NCBI GenBank assembly: GCA_016234935.1
Contig: JACRNL010000001.1
Location: 200,679-264,678, forward strand
Direction: 5' to 3'
Origin: Deltaproteobacteria bacterium
Lineage (GTDB): Bacteria > Desulfobacterota > GWC2-55-46
Length of the DNA: 64,000 bases
In this document: positions 1 through 10,141 of the stretch, piece after piece
Position numbering within the stretch: position 1 is the first letter of the stretch
Layout: the number at the start of each line of letters is the position of its first letter
Notes under the pieces: model-generated
The model's input: the letters and a program-made list of their open reading frames with translations, nothing else
Database searches by the model: none
What the model was told of the DNA's origin: nothing
Translations under genes and position numbers: made by a program

Positions 1-516
1 GTCCGTCCATGCCACTGTGACGTCCACCCTCTTTGCGCCGTCGGACGAAGGGGCTGCAACGCCATTGCCGTCAATGTCTAAATAGGTGACAACGTATGTC
101 CATGTAAAGCGCATCTTGCCGGTGGCCGTGAAGTCCGTCGCGCTCCACTGGACGTCTATTGTGTTTGTCGGGACGCAGTTGAAAGTAGGCGCGGCGCCGG
201 CACAGGCCCTTAAAAGGTCGGTGCGCGCCGTAAGGTTGTCCGTTAACTCAAGGTTGTCGAAAGGCACGCTCCTCAGCGCCTCGAGCCTGTTCTCGGCAAT
301 GTTCACGGCCTGGGTAAGGGCCTGGCTGTAACTTGACGTCTTCAAGGCCGTGCCGGTAAGGGTGGCGATGCCCAATATGCCGACGGCCAATATGGTCATT
401 GCGACGAGGACCTCGACAAGGCTGAAGCCCCTGTTTGCCCAATTTGCAATATCTAACCGCCCTGCCCTTGCGTTTTTCAATTTTTGTCCGGCGTTGTGCC
501 CTGCGGATATTCTCAT
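1..516 (-). CDS. Type IV minor pilin, PilV-like (3' end runs off the window)
   Basis: Manually translated: MRISAG...NRGFSLVEVLVAMTILAVGILGI..., a class III prepilin signal; AGGAG upstream; not in the ORF track because it has no stop in the window. Confidence 0.85.
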   Translation of the reverse strand, partial: MRISAGHNAGQKLKNARAGRLDIANWANRGFSLVEVLVAMTILAVGILGIATLTGTALKTSSYSQALTQAVNIAENRLEALRSVPFDNLELTDNLTARTDLLRACAGAAPTFNCVPTNTIDVQWSATDFTATGKMRFTWTYVVTYLDIDGNGVAAPSSDGAKRVDVTVAWTD

Positions 517-568
517 AATATGAACAAGCTCCTGATTTTATGGGGCGCGCCATTTAGGATGCCCGGGG

Positions 569-1036
569 CTAACAGCCGGTTACGATGGAAATCCTGCCCA
601 GACTGCCCGTAAACTGTATGCTCATTCTATCCGCGACGTCCCTCGTGTTCGTAAGGCAGATGTTGCCTGGCACGGTTACGGTGCCGTTCGGGTTATAGAC
701 GACCTGAAACGCCCCGGCCGGCGACGTAATGCTGATATTCGACTGTAAAGCCACGGACGTGTGGCCAGGCTCGTTGACCCACGAGGCCGTGTCGAAATAC
801 TTGAGCTGATATGTCGTGCCTGCCACGTCTATCTCATACCTGACGTTTCTCGTGATGGCGTTGGTCCTAGCGGCGTTTATCTCGGTGAAAAGGTCTCTTG
901 CGGAGCGCACAAGCCTCTGATGATCTATCTGTCTCAAGATGCTTGGCACGGCTATGGCGACCATGACGCCTATCAGCGCTATGACTAACAACAATTCAAC
1001 CAACGAGAAGCCCTTATTTTCTTCAAGCATCTTCAT
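569..1036 (-). CDS. Type IV minor pilin, FimT/FimU (GspH-like)
   Basis: KGFSLVELLLVIALIG prepilin motif, followed by a FimT-type helix (AR..AI). Confidence 0.88.
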   Translation of the reverse strand: MKMLEENKGFSLVELLLVIALIGVMVAIAVPSILRQIDHQRLVRSARDLFTEINAARTNAITRNVRYEIDVAGTTYQLKYFDTASWVNEPGHTSVALQSNISITSPAGAFQVVYNPNGTVTVPGNICLTNTRDVADRMSIQFTGSLGRISIVTGC

Positions 1037-1062
1037 TGCTTTATTCCTCGAATGTTATTATA

Positions 1063-1078
1063 AGCAATCTACGTGCCA
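1063..1078 (-). promoter_or_regulatory. Sigma-54 promoter of the minor pilin genes
   Basis: Minus strand reads TGGCACG-TAGA-TTGCT, matching the -24/-12 consensus, directly downstream of pilR. Confidence 0.85.
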
Positions 1079-1143
1079 ATAGTTAACTATCTTATTTTGC
1101 TGTATTCTTAGGAATAGAATAGCACAGTAGCTATGCATTTTTT

Positions 1144-2493
1144 TCATAGTCCGTAACTTTTTATCTTATATAGAAGCGCCCTGTGGCTTATCTCCAGAAG
1201 CTCCGCGGCCTTTGTCCTGTTGTTATTCGTCTTTTCGAGCGCTCTCTTGATAAGCCCCCTTTCAAGCGCATCCTCGGCCTTTTTAATGGAAATCTCCTCG
1301 TCCGCAACAGGAAACGCCGCCTCGCCAAGCCTCTTGTCCATGATTGGCAGGGCATTTTTTCCAATCGTATCGGATTCTTCGAGTATCATGGCCCTTTCAA
1401 TCACGTTTTCAAGTTCGCGGACGTTACCGGGCCAAGTATAGCATAAGATGGCATCAAGGGCTTCATTTGACAGGTTTTTTACCGGTTTTCCGAACTTGCG
1501 GGCGTATTTCCCGATAAAATGCAGCGCCAACGGCTCTATATCAACCGGCCGCCGACGTAAAGGCGGCATTTTTATCTCGATGACATTGAGCCTGTAAAAA
1601 AGGTCTTCCCTGAAGCGGCCTTCTTTTATCTCCTGCCTCAAATCCCTGATGGTTGCGGCCACCACGCGCGCGTCTATTTTTATCGACTTCGTGTCCCCAA
1701 CCCTGCGTATCTCCCTTTCCTGAAGCGCGCGCAGGAGCTTTACCTGAAGATCAACGGGCAGTTCCCCGACCTCGTCTAAGAATATCGTCCCCCTGTCCGC
1801 CTCCTGAAAAAGGCCTGCCTTGTTCCTGTCAGCGCCGGTAAATGCGCCCTTCACATGGCCGAACAGTTCGCTTTCAAGCAGGTCTTCGGGTATCGCCCCG
1901 CAGTTTACGGCCACGAAAGGCTCTAGGGCACGGAGCCCGGAATAGTGTATCGCCCTTGCGGCCAGCTCCTTGCCGGTGCCTGACTCGCCGGTTATGAGCA
2001 CCGTGGTGGAATAATCCGCGACCTTCCTGATAAGGGCCATCTCCTCCTGCATGCGGGCGTCTTTCGTGATGATAGACCTTCCGCCGTATTCGGCCTCTGC
2101 CTCGGCCCTGAGCCTGCGGTTCTCTTTTTTAAGCCTCTCCCTCTCCTCGGCCTTTTTAAGAATAAGTATTATCTCATCCGATTTAAAGGGCTTGGAGATG
2201 TAGTCGTAGGCGCCGAGCTTCATGCACTCAATGGCGGTGTCCATCGAAGCGTAGGCGCTCATCATGATGACCGTCTCATCGCGGCCCTTTGCCTTCAGCT
2301 CCTTTAAGAACCGCATCCCGTCCATGCCCGGCATCTTTATGTCGCAAAGGATGAACGCGAACTCATCGGCCTCAAGCGCGCAAAGGGCCTTTGACGCATC
2401 CGCGAAGGCGGAAGGTTCGTAGCCCTCCCTTTTAAGGATGACCGTAAGCATGTGGCGCATGGACTCTTCGTCGTCGATTATCAATATCCTCAT
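1144..2493 (-). CDS. pilR: Sigma-54-dependent response regulator (PilR/NtrC family)
   Basis: Receiver domain, GESGTGKE, GAFTGA, Fis-type HTH; located between pilin genes and a sensor kinase. Confidence 0.85.
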   Translation of the reverse strand: MRILIIDDEESMRHMLTVILKREGYEPSAFADASKALCALEADEFAFILCDIKMPGMDGMRFLKELKAKGRDETVIMMSAYASMDTAIECMKLGAYDYISKPFKSDEIILILKKAEERERLKKENRRLRAEAEAEYGGRSIITKDARMQEEMALIRKVADYSTTVLITGESGTGKELAARAIHYSGLRALEPFVAVNCGAIPEDLLESELFGHVKGAFTGADRNKAGLFQEADRGTIFLDEVGELPVDLQVKLLRALQEREIRRVGDTKSIKIDARVVAATIRDLRQEIKEGRFREDLFYRLNVIEIKMPPLRRRPVDIEPLALHFIGKYARKFGKPVKNLSNEALDAILCYTWPGNVRELENVIERAMILEESDTIGKNALPIMDKRLGEAAFPVADEEISIKKAEDALERGLIKRALEKTNNNRTKAAELLEISHRALLYKIKSYGL

Positions 2494-2496
2494 TCT

Positions 2497-4167
2497 CTAA
2501 GCGCTCCATGAAGGCAGTCTTACGGTAAAGACCGTGCCTTCGCCCATGGCCGTTTTAAACGTTATCTCGCCGCCGTAAGTCTTTATGATGCCCTGCGAAA
2601 CGAAAAGACCCAGCCCCGTGCCCTTTCCGACATCCTTCGTGGTGAAAAAGGGGTTGAATATCTTCTCCGCGTCTCCCTCGCTTATGCCGGGGCCGTGGTC
2701 GGTAAATCTTATAAAGACAAACTCCCTCTGAGAGGGTTCAACCCTTGCAAACGCGCCATCCGCCTCACGGCCTGACGGCGTGTCCGTAATTCTTCTCTGG
2801 AGCCGGGCCGAATCAACCGGTTCTTTTTGCACCCCCTGAGGGGGTTCAACCCCTGTTTCAACGGTTATTCCAGCGGACGAGCCCATGCCTGACATGGCCT
2901 GAGCCGCGTTAAGGAGGAGGTTGATAAAGACCTGTCTTAACTTGCCCTCGTCTATAAACACGGGCGGCATCCCGCCTTGCAGAATCATATCCACCTTGAC
3001 CGCCTTGAATGCCTTGTGCATTTCAAGCCCGGCGACCGTATCATTCAAAAGGGCATTGACGTCAACGGCCGCGGCAGCCTTCGCCGAGGGCCTTGCAAGC
3101 TCAAGGAATTCCCTTACGATGGAGTCTATCCGCCCGGCCTCCGTTATCATCCTTCTGATTATATCCCTTTCCCCCTGAGGGGGCTCGGCCCCGTCTTTGT
3201 CCGCGCCGCCTTTTTCCAATATGTCAAGATAGCCCCGGAGCGCGCCCAGCGGGTTTCCAATCTCATGCGCTATGCCGGCGGACAGAGAACCCATTGCCGC
3301 GAGCGTCCTTGACCGCAGGAGTTCATCCTCCGCGTTCACGAGGTCAAGGTTCGCCCTTTCAAGCCTCTTTATCTCCGTCTCCACGCGCCCCGCCATCCTG
3401 TTGAAAGAGGCCGCGAGAGAGCCGACTTCATTTTCGACCGCCACGTCCGCCCTTTGAAAGGGTTCAACCCTCTCGCCAAGCGCGCCTCCAGCGATGCGCG
3501 TTGCCGCGTCATCCAGTTTTTTAATGGGGTTTATTATCGCTTTGGAAAGGAAATAAAAACCGATGGCGATTATGATGACCGAGTCCAGAAGCGCGTAGGC
3601 TATGACAAACCGCTTGACCAGGGCGAGGTCCTGGTTTACGTCCGCAAGCGGCACGTCGAAATCAACGTTGCCGTTTTTTTGCGAAAACGTATCCAGCGAA
3701 GCCGTCACGCGGAGCGCCTCGCCGGCGCCGCCTGAAAACCATCCGCCGCCGATCCTGCGAATCTTCACGCCTTGCGAGAAAAAGAGCTGCTCGGCCGCGT
3801 CCGTTTGAAAAGGCTGAACCCTTTGAAAGGGTTCAGCCTTTTTCACGGAGAAGCCTTCATTCAAAAGCTCCCTGCCGGACGCGTCCGTAAACCTGAATGC
3901 GTTTATGCCGGCCTGTTTGAGCGCTTCGGCGGCAAGGGCCGCCTTTCTTAAGGCGTCCTCTTTTGTCTGCCCGGCAGCGGGAAAACGCGCGAAGATAAAC
4001 CTTACAAACCTTACCGTATTCTCAGCCTCGCTTATCTTCCAGTTGACGCTCCTCATCTCGACGATCTTCACGCTCAAAAGCCCTATGAGACCGATACCTG
4101 CCAACGTCGTCAGGATTATCCCAGCGCCGAGCTGAGAGCGTATGCCGAGGGTAAACTTCATTGTCAA
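2497..4167 (-). CDS. Sensor histidine kinase with HAMP domain (PilS-like), carrying five in-frame 18-bp repeat loci
   Basis: Two TM segments, [13 protein letters not shown]-box, N/G1/F/G2 boxes. Confidence 0.88.
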   Translation of the reverse strand: MTMKFTLGIRSQLGAGIILTTLAGIGLIGLLSVKIVEMRSVNWKISEAENTVRFVRFIFARFPAAGQTKEDALRKAALAAEALKQAGINAFRFTDASGRELLNEGFSVKKAEPFQRVQPFQTDAAEQLFFSQGVKIRRIGGGWFSGGAGEALRVTASLDTFSQKNGNVDFDVPLADVNQDLALVKRFVIAYALLDSVIIIAIGFYFLSKAIINPIKKLDDAATRIAGGALGERVEPFQRADVAVENEVGSLAASFNRMAGRVETEIKRLERANLDLVNAEDELLRSRTLAAMGSLSAGIAHEIGNPLGALRGYLDILEKGGADKDGAEPPQGERDIIRRMITEAGRIDSIVREFLELARPSAKAAAAVDVNALLNDTVAGLEMHKAFKAVKVDMILQGGMPPVFIDEGKLRQVFINLLLNAAQAMSGMGSSAGITVETGVEPPQGVQKEPVDSARLQRRITDTPSGREADGAFARVEPSQREFVFIRFTDHGPGISEGDAEKIFNPFFTTKDVGKGTGLGLFVSQGIIKTYGGEITFKTAMGEGTVFTVRLPSWSA

Positions 4168-4260
4168 ACCTGATTTTGTTTATCGGTTAAAAAATCGGCG
4201 GTTTATATATTGTCATTCCCGCTTAAGGACTGCTGGAATGACAACATAATAAAATCCCAT

Positions 4261-5040
4261 TCACTCGCCCGCCGCTTTCATCAGATACCACCTTATCAAC
4301 TCATCGCCGTAGAACAGATGAAGAAACGCGCCGAAAGCCAGAAACGGACCGAACGGCAGGGCGTATTTACTGTTCTTTCCGGTTATGAGCATAACCGCCG
4401 CGCCGATGACCGCGCCGATAAAAGACCCTGTAAGGACTGTGACGATTACAGCCCTCCAGCCAAGGAACGCGCCGATCATGGCAAGGAGTTTTATATCCCC
4501 TCCGCCCATGCCCTCCCTGCCCGTCATGTAATAATAGGCCGCCGCAACCGCAAGGAGAAAACCACCGCCAACGGCCATGCCGATAAGAGAGCTTGCCACG
4601 CCCGGAGCAACCATGAAAAAAGACAGTATGACGCCAAGGATAATTCCCGGAATACTTATTACGTCCGGTATCATCTTCAGCCTCAAGTCAATAAACGTTA
4701 TTACAATAAGCGCGGCGGAAAAGACAAACATGGCAAACAGCTCGCGCGACAGGCCGAACTTAACAAACAGGGCAACCGCGATAACCCCTGTGAGCGCCTC
4801 GACAAAAGGATACTGCACAGAAAGTTTGACCTTGCAAAACGCGCACCTGCCGCCGAGGAATATATAGCCGAATATGGGTATGTTGTAGTAAAACGGCACA
4901 AGCCTGCCGCACCCCTGGCACCTCGACGGCGGCGAGACAATAGAAATGCCCTCAGGTATGCGGTATATGCACACATTCAGAAAACTCCCCACAACCGCTC
5001 CAAAGAGAAACGGGATTATGTATATTATCCGGTCGATCAA
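4261..5040 (-). CDS. pilD: Prepilin peptidase/N-methyltransferase
   Basis: GSFLNVCIYRIP, two CxxC pairs, GMGGGDIKL, PFGPFLA. Confidence 0.95.
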   Translation of the reverse strand: MIDRIIYIIPFLFGAVVGSFLNVCIYRIPEGISIVSPPSRCQGCGRLVPFYYNIPIFGYIFLGGRCAFCKVKLSVQYPFVEALTGVIAVALFVKFGLSRELFAMFVFSAALIVITFIDLRLKMIPDVISIPGIILGVILSFFMVAPGVASSLIGMAVGGGFLLAVAAAYYYMTGREGMGGGDIKLLAMIGAFLGWRAVIVTVLTGSFIGAVIGAAVMLITGKNSKYALPFGPFLAFGAFLHLFYGDELIRWYLMKAAGE

Positions 5041-5076
5041 AAAAACCCCTTAAATCTTCCCCCCCTTACATTCGCT

Positions 5077-5127
5077 CCCCCCTTTGGAAAAGGGGGCTAA
5101 GGGGGTCAAGCCCCTTCAAGGGGATTT
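5077..5127 (+). repeat. CCCCCTTT..AAAGGGGG..GGGGGATTT hairpin repeat carrying an 18-bp type A insert
   Basis: Near-identical to 16956-16987 apart from the extra TCAAGCCCCTTCAAGGGG (5106-5123). Confidence 0.85.
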
Positions 5128-5225
5128 TATAATGGTGCATCTCACCGCATTCCTGCAAACTCCGGCGCCCTTTCAAATCCTCCCTGCCCTTGTATGTTAG
5201 ACTGTGCCATATTGCGTAATTTTTA

Positions 5226-5341
5226 AATCCTTTTTTCTCCTCTCCCCTCGCGGGAGAGGGTCGGGTGAGGGGGCCGAGCCCCTTCAAGGGGCAACTTTCA
5301 CCCCCACCCTGCCCTCCCCCATCAAGGGGGAGGAGATAAGG
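5226..5341. repeat. REP-like doublet (CTCTCCC..GGGAGAGGG / CCCTCCCCC..GGGGGAGG) with an 18-bp type A insert
   Basis: Halves match 22386-22433 and 49306-49346 (both inverted); GGGG-CCGAG-CCCC-TTCAA-GGGG at 5270-5291. Confidence 0.8.
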
Positions 5342-5359
5342 AAGTGGTCATCAACCTGC

Positions 5360-5435
5360 CCTCCCCCGCACCACTCGCCTGCACGGTTGTTTGCGCTAAA
5401 TGATGTATTTGTGATGGCGAGTGGTGCGGGGGAGG
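5360..5435. repeat. 20-bp perfect inverted repeat around a 36-nt spacer
   Basis: CCTCCCCCGCACCACTCGCC ... GGCGAGTGGTGCGGGGGAGG. Confidence 0.85.
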
Positions 5436-5508
5436 AATAAAAAAAATTGCATAACCGCGCCCGCCTCATCTCATAACTTCGAATTCCTTTACCTGCAAGC
5501 AACCCTCT

Positions 5509-5539
5509 TGCGGGTTCAAGTTGCAAACTTGAACCCGCA
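5509..5539. repeat. 14-bp-stem perfect hairpin downstream of argJ
   Basis: TGCGGGTTCAAGTT-GCA-AACTTGAACCCGCA. Confidence 0.8.
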
Positions 5540-5571
5540 CTCTGAAAGAACGTGTGCCGATAAAACACCAT

Positions 5572-6798
5572 CTACGTCCTGTATGCCGAATTTATCTTCA
5601 CATACTCGTAGGTAAGGTCGGTTGTCCAGAATCTCCACGCGGCCTTACCTATGCCGAGGTTGACGGTCATGTTGACCTCTTTTTCTTTCATGACCTTGGC
5701 CGCCTCTTTTTCCTTGCCTGTGTCAAGGCCGCGGCGGGCGACGGGCACGCCGTTAAACGTTATGTCAACCCTGTCTTCCTTCATCCGTATGCCAGCCCTT
5801 CCGAGGGCGGCGATTATCCTGCCACAATTCGGGTCTGCGCCGAAAAAGGCGGTCTTGACGAGCATGGAGGTCGCGATGGTCTTTGCGGCTTTTTTAGCGT
5901 CGCTTATTGTGGCCGCGCCTTTTATGTCTATCTCGATGAACCGCGTGGCGCCCTCGCCGTCTTTCACTATCAGATGGGCAAGCTTTAAAGCGACCTCGCT
6001 TAACATTTTACAAAAGACCTTGTAATCGGCTGTTCCTGATTTTATCTCACGCCCCTTGGCTGCGCCGTTGGCAAAAATCAAAACCGTGTCATTCGTGGAT
6101 GTGTCGTTGTCAACGGCGATGGAATTAAAGGACTTGTCAACGGCTTCCTTCAAGGCCTTTCTCAAGGCCGGATGCTTTATATTCGCGTCCGTCATGATGA
6201 ACGAAAGCATCGTGGCCATGTCCGGGCATATCATCCCAGCGCCTTTGGCGATGCCCGCGACGGTGACGATCTTCCCGCCGATGCGCCCTCTGGCCGTCGC
6301 GGTCTTTTGAAATGCGTCCGTGGTCATTATCGCGCGGGCCGCGTCCGTCAGGCCCAGGCTGCTGAGACCGCGTATAAGCCCCGGCGCTCCGGCCTCTATC
6401 TTTTCAATGGCGGGCATGACGCCGATAACGCCTGTGGAGGCAACGAGTATCTCGCCGCTTTTCAGCCCCAGTCCCTTTTCAATTGCCGAGGCCATGCGGA
6501 GCGCGCTCAAAAACCCGGCCCTGCCCGCGCTTACGTTGGCGTTGCCGCTGTTCACGATAACGCCGCGTGACACGCCCTTTTTCACCCGCTTGATATCAAG
6601 AAGCACGGGAGCGGCCTTGACCTTGTTTTTAGTGAACACCCCGGCGACCGCGGCTTTTGTATCGCTGATGATAAGCGCAAGGTCCAATGCCCCCTGAGGG
6701 GGTTCAACCCCTGTCTTTTTCAGCCCGCAAGCCACCCCGGCGGCCCTGAAACCGGGAACCATCAAATGATGCCTGTTTTTAGCGGTTTTTATCGGCAT
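5572..6798 (-). CDS. argJ: Bifunctional ornithine acetyltransferase/N-acetylglutamate synthase
   Basis: NSGNAN, STGVIG, AKGAGMI.P.MATML, DTSTND, DGEGAT; start moved to the ATG at 6798 because the upstream extension is repeat-derived. Confidence 0.95.
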   Translation of the reverse strand: MPIKTAKNRHHLMVPGFRAAGVACGLKKTGVEPPQGALDLALIISDTKAAVAGVFTKNKVKAAPVLLDIKRVKKGVSRGVIVNSGNANVSAGRAGFLSALRMASAIEKGLGLKSGEILVASTGVIGVMPAIEKIEAGAPGLIRGLSSLGLTDAARAIMTTDAFQKTATARGRIGGKIVTVAGIAKGAGMICPDMATMLSFIMTDANIKHPALRKALKEAVDKSFNSIAVDNDTSTNDTVLIFANGAAKGREIKSGTADYKVFCKMLSEVALKLAHLIVKDGEGATRFIEIDIKGAATISDAKKAAKTIATSMLVKTAFFGADPNCGRIIAALGRAGIRMKEDRVDITFNGVPVARRGLDTGKEKEAAKVMKEKEVNMTVNLGIGKAAWRFWTTDLTYEYVKINSAYRT

Positions 6799-6869
6799 AT
6801 CATCTTCCTGAATGGAATTTACCGGAAAGGAATGGAGATGAATCCTGGGGGAACTTTCTGAAGAATGTT

Positions 6870-6927
6870 CCCCCTGAGAGGGTTCATCCCATTGAAGGGG
6901 CTCAGCCCCTTGAAGGGGTTCAACCCC
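6870..6927 (+). repeat. Three tandem 18-bp type A units
   Basis: CCCC CTGAG AGGG TTCAT CCCA TTGAA GGGG CTCAG CCCC TTGAA GGGG TTCAA CCCC. Confidence 0.9.
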
Positions 6928-7065
6928 CAACATCCCCTCAAAGACTTTAAAATTTTTTAAAGAGAGTCTGAGAGAACGCCTGCGGTGGGCAAAGCCAAAG
7001 GTTGTATTTTGACTTTAGCCGTGCGCGGCGCCTTTTTTTCAAAAAAGCTTCTCTCAAGAATCCGC

Positions 7066-9789
7066 TTACTGCCCCGCGCCGCAGCATTTCTTGTATTTCT
7101 TGCCGCTGCCGCAGGGGCACAGGTCGTTTCTGCCTATCTTGCCGCCGACCCTTGTGACCGGCTCTTGCCTGTCATCTTCTTCTTCGCCCTCTTCATCCGC
7201 GTTTTCCAGTTCGCCGCGGCCGTATTCGATTTCAGGCTCTTCATGCCGCGCGAGCTCTTCCACGGCCTCTTCCGCGTCCTCTCTTTTTATCTGAACCTTG
7301 AAAAGCCTTTCGACCACGTCGGATTTAAGCCTGAATATCATATCAACGAATAGGTCGAAGCCTTCCCTCTTGTATTCCTGCAAGGGGTCTTTCTGGCCGT
7401 AACCGCGCAGCCCTATCCCGCCCTTCAGGTGGTCCATGGAAAGAAGATGGTCCTTCCATAAGTTGTCAACCGTGTTGAGCATGATTATCTTCTCGAACTG
7501 CGCAAATATCTCGTCACCCACGGTGGATATCTTCGACGCATATGAGTTCCACGCCTTTAAGGCGATTGCATCCGCCAGGGCGTCTCTCGCGGCCACGCCG
7601 CCGATATCTTCCTTCCCGATGCCGGTGCCGAACTGCTTTACGGAGGCGTCATTTACGGCCTTTAAGTCCCAATCATCAGGGCCGGCCTTTTCTTCGACGT
7701 GAATGTTCACGACGTCTTTGGCCATCTCGTCGGCGAACTCTTTGACCATGTCGCGAAGCCCTGTCTGAGAGAGTATCTGTCTGCGGTAGCCGTAGACAAC
7801 CCCCCTTTGCTGGTTCATGACGTCGTCGTATTCAAGCAGGTGCTTTCTTATGTCGAAGTTGTGCGCCTCTACCTTTTTCTGGGCGTTCTCTATGGCCCTG
7901 GAGACGAGGGTGTGCTCAATCGGCTCGTCCTCCTTCATGCCGATCCTGTCCATGATGCCGGCGATACGCTCGCTGCCGAATATCCTCAGGAGGTCGTCTT
8001 CAAGGGCGAGATAAAACCTCGACGAGCCCGGGTCGCCCTGCCTGCCGGAGCGGCCGCGCAGCTGATTGTCTATGCGCCTTGACTCATGGCGTTCCGTGCC
8101 GAGGATATGCAGGCCGCCGGCTTCAAGCACCTTTTTCTTCTCTGCCTCGCACTGCTCCCTGGCGGCCTTGTAGGCGGCCTTATACTCGTCGGTCGAATCA
8201 TCCTTGCCTGCGGACGCCGCCGCCATGAACTCCGGGTTTCCCCCAAGGATAATGTCCGTGCCCCTTCCGGCCATGCTGGTTGATATCGTTATAGCTCCAA
8301 GGCGCCCCGCCTGCGCTACTATCTCGGCCTCCCTCTCATGCTGTTTGGCATTAAGGACGTGGTGCTTCATGTTGTGGCCTGCAAGAAGTTTTGAAAGTTT
8401 TTCCGAATCGTCTATCGAAATGGTGCCCACAAGCACGGGCCTGCCCTTTTGAGACAGCTCTTTAATCTCGTTGATGACGGCCTTGAACTTTTCCTTCTTG
8501 GTCTTGTAGATGAGGTCTGAGTTGTCCTTCCTTATCATAGGTTTGTTCGTAGGCACGACGATGACCTCAAGTTTATATATCTCGTTAAACTCCGATGCCT
8601 CGGTGTCCGCCGTTCCGGTCATGCCGGAGAGCTTATCGTACATCCTGAAGTAATTCTGGAAGGTGATGGTCGCCAGCGTCTGGTTCTCGTTCTCTATCTT
8701 CACCTTCTCCTTGGCCTCCACCGCCTGATGAAGGCCGTCGCTCCAGCGCCTGCCGGCCATGAGGCGTCCGGTGAACTCGTCGACTATGACGACGCCGCCG
8801 TCCTTGACAACATAATCAACGTCCCTTTTAAACAGGACGTGCGCGCGCAGAGCCTGGTTCACGTGATGGAGCGTTTCTATATTCAAAGGGTCGTAGAGAT
8901 TTTCAATGTCAAGGAGTTTTTCTACCTTGATGACGCCCTCTTCGGTCAGGATGGACTGCTTGGCCTTCTCGTCGATCGTATAATGTGCGTCTTTTTGAAG
9001 GCCGGGGATTATCCTGTCTATGAGGTAATATTTATCCGTGGACTCCTCGGTCGGCCCGGAGATGATAAGCGGCGTTCTGGCCTCATCAATAAGGATGGAG
9101 TCCACCTCGTCAACGATGGCGAAGTGCAGGTCTCTCTGGACGTATTCCTCAAGGGAGAACTTCATGTTGTCGCGCAGATAGTCGAAACCGTATTCGTTAT
9201 TGGTGCCGTAGGTGATGTCGGCGTTATACGCCTCATTGCGCCCGACGGGGCGCAGGTGCAGGTAGCTCTTCGCGTCGCCCGTGTAATGCGGGTCATAAAT
9301 AAAGCTCGCCTCATGCTGTATTACGCCGACAGACAGCCCCAGGGCATGATAAACCTTGCCCATCCACGTGGCGTCCCTCCTGGCCAGATAGTCGTTCACC
9401 GTTATGAGGTGAGCCCCCCTTCCGGTGAGCGCGTTCAGGTAAAGCGGGAGCGTGGCCATGAGGGTCTTTCCCTCGCCGGTCTTCATCTCCGCTATGTTGC
9501 CTTCATGAAGGACTATGCCGCCGACCATCTGCACGTCGAAGTGGCGCATGCCGAGATGCCTTTTTGCCGCCTCCCTCACAACGGCAAATGCCTCGGGCAG
9601 GATGTCATCGAGGCCCTTGCCGCCTGCGACCGACTCCCTAAACCCCTTTGTGAGCGCCTTAAAACCCTCGTCTGGAACCGACTGCATCTTCGGCTCAAGC
9701 GAATTGATCTTCTCTACCAGCGGCATCATGCGTTTGATATCGCGCTCATTCTTGCTGCCGAACACCTTTTTCAGAAGAAAATTTAACAT
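7066..9789 (-). CDS. secA: Preprotein translocase ATPase SecA
   Basis: [41 protein letters not shown]-terminal SEC-C motif [13 protein letters not shown]. Confidence 0.98.
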   Translation of the reverse strand: MLNFLLKKVFGSKNERDIKRMMPLVEKINSLEPKMQSVPDEGFKALTKGFRESVAGGKGLDDILPEAFAVVREAAKRHLGMRHFDVQMVGGIVLHEGNIAEMKTGEGKTLMATLPLYLNALTGRGAHLITVNDYLARRDATWMGKVYHALGLSVGVIQHEASFIYDPHYTGDAKSYLHLRPVGRNEAYNADITYGTNNEYGFDYLRDNMKFSLEEYVQRDLHFAIVDEVDSILIDEARTPLIISGPTEESTDKYYLIDRIIPGLQKDAHYTIDEKAKQSILTEEGVIKVEKLLDIENLYDPLNIETLHHVNQALRAHVLFKRDVDYVVKDGGVVIVDEFTGRLMAGRRWSDGLHQAVEAKEKVKIENENQTLATITFQNYFRMYDKLSGMTGTADTEASEFNEIYKLEVIVVPTNKPMIRKDNSDLIYKTKKEKFKAVINEIKELSQKGRPVLVGTISIDDSEKLSKLLAGHNMKHHVLNAKQHEREAEIVAQAGRLGAITISTSMAGRGTDIILGGNPEFMAAASAGKDDSTDEYKAAYKAAREQCEAEKKKVLEAGGLHILGTERHESRRIDNQLRGRSGRQGDPGSSRFYLALEDDLLRIFGSERIAGIMDRIGMKEDEPIEHTLVSRAIENAQKKVEAHNFDIRKHLLEYDDVMNQQRGVVYGYRRQILSQTGLRDMVKEFADEMAKDVVNIHVEEKAGPDDWDLKAVNDASVKQFGTGIGKEDIGGVAARDALADAIALKAWNSYASKISTVGDEIFAQFEKIIMLNTVDNLWKDHLLSMDHLKGGIGLRGYGQKDPLQEYKREGFDLFVDMIFRLKSDVVERLFKVQIKREDAEEAVEELARHEEPEIEYGRGELENADEEGEEEDDRQEPVTRVGGKIGRNDLCPCGSGKKYKKCCGAGQ

Positions 9790-10010
9790 TGCCCACCGGT
9801 TCGTTTTTTTAAAGCCGCATTGACGCGCGCTCAAAATAGCGGCGCGCTCAAAAAGGCCCGGAATTCATGCCCTGCCAAATAAAAAATACTAACATAATCC
9901 TGCAAACTTTTCCACCCGCCTTTTTTTAAAAAAGACGGGATAGGAAAAATCAGCTTCCTTTCATTCCCCGCGAGGATATGGGCCGCGCGCCGCGTGCGCC
10001 CATGTCAAAT

Positions 10011-10080
10011 AAAAAAAGCCCGGACCGCTTTTCCAGGGATGGCCTCTTGAGGAAGAGGCCGTCTCTGACGGCAGGGCTTT
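10011..10080 (-). terminator. Long irregular hairpin with U-tail between the M23 gene and secA
   Basis: Minus strand AAAGCCC..CCG..CAGAGAC-GGCCTCTT-CCTC-AAGAGGCC-ATCCCTG..CGG..GGGCTTTTTTT. Confidence 0.6.
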
Positions 10081-10141
10081 CAGTTCGATTATCAGACTGC
10101 TGAAAAAGCTCCATCCAAGGCGTAGCGGCCCGTAAAAAATC

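Noticed and set aside
5066-5615. Short ORFs in the pilD-argJ spacer
   Set aside because: They are composed of palindromic repeats and show no protein motif.
6870-6927. Tandem palindromic 18-mers as a mini CRISPR array
   Set aside because: Units abut with no unique spacers, are too short, and no cas genes are present.
6799-6933. N-terminal extension of ArgJ in the ORF track (MLGVEPLQGAEPLQ...)
   Set aside because: It is a translation of the repeat array; the ATG at 6798 has a plausible RBS and gives a normal length.
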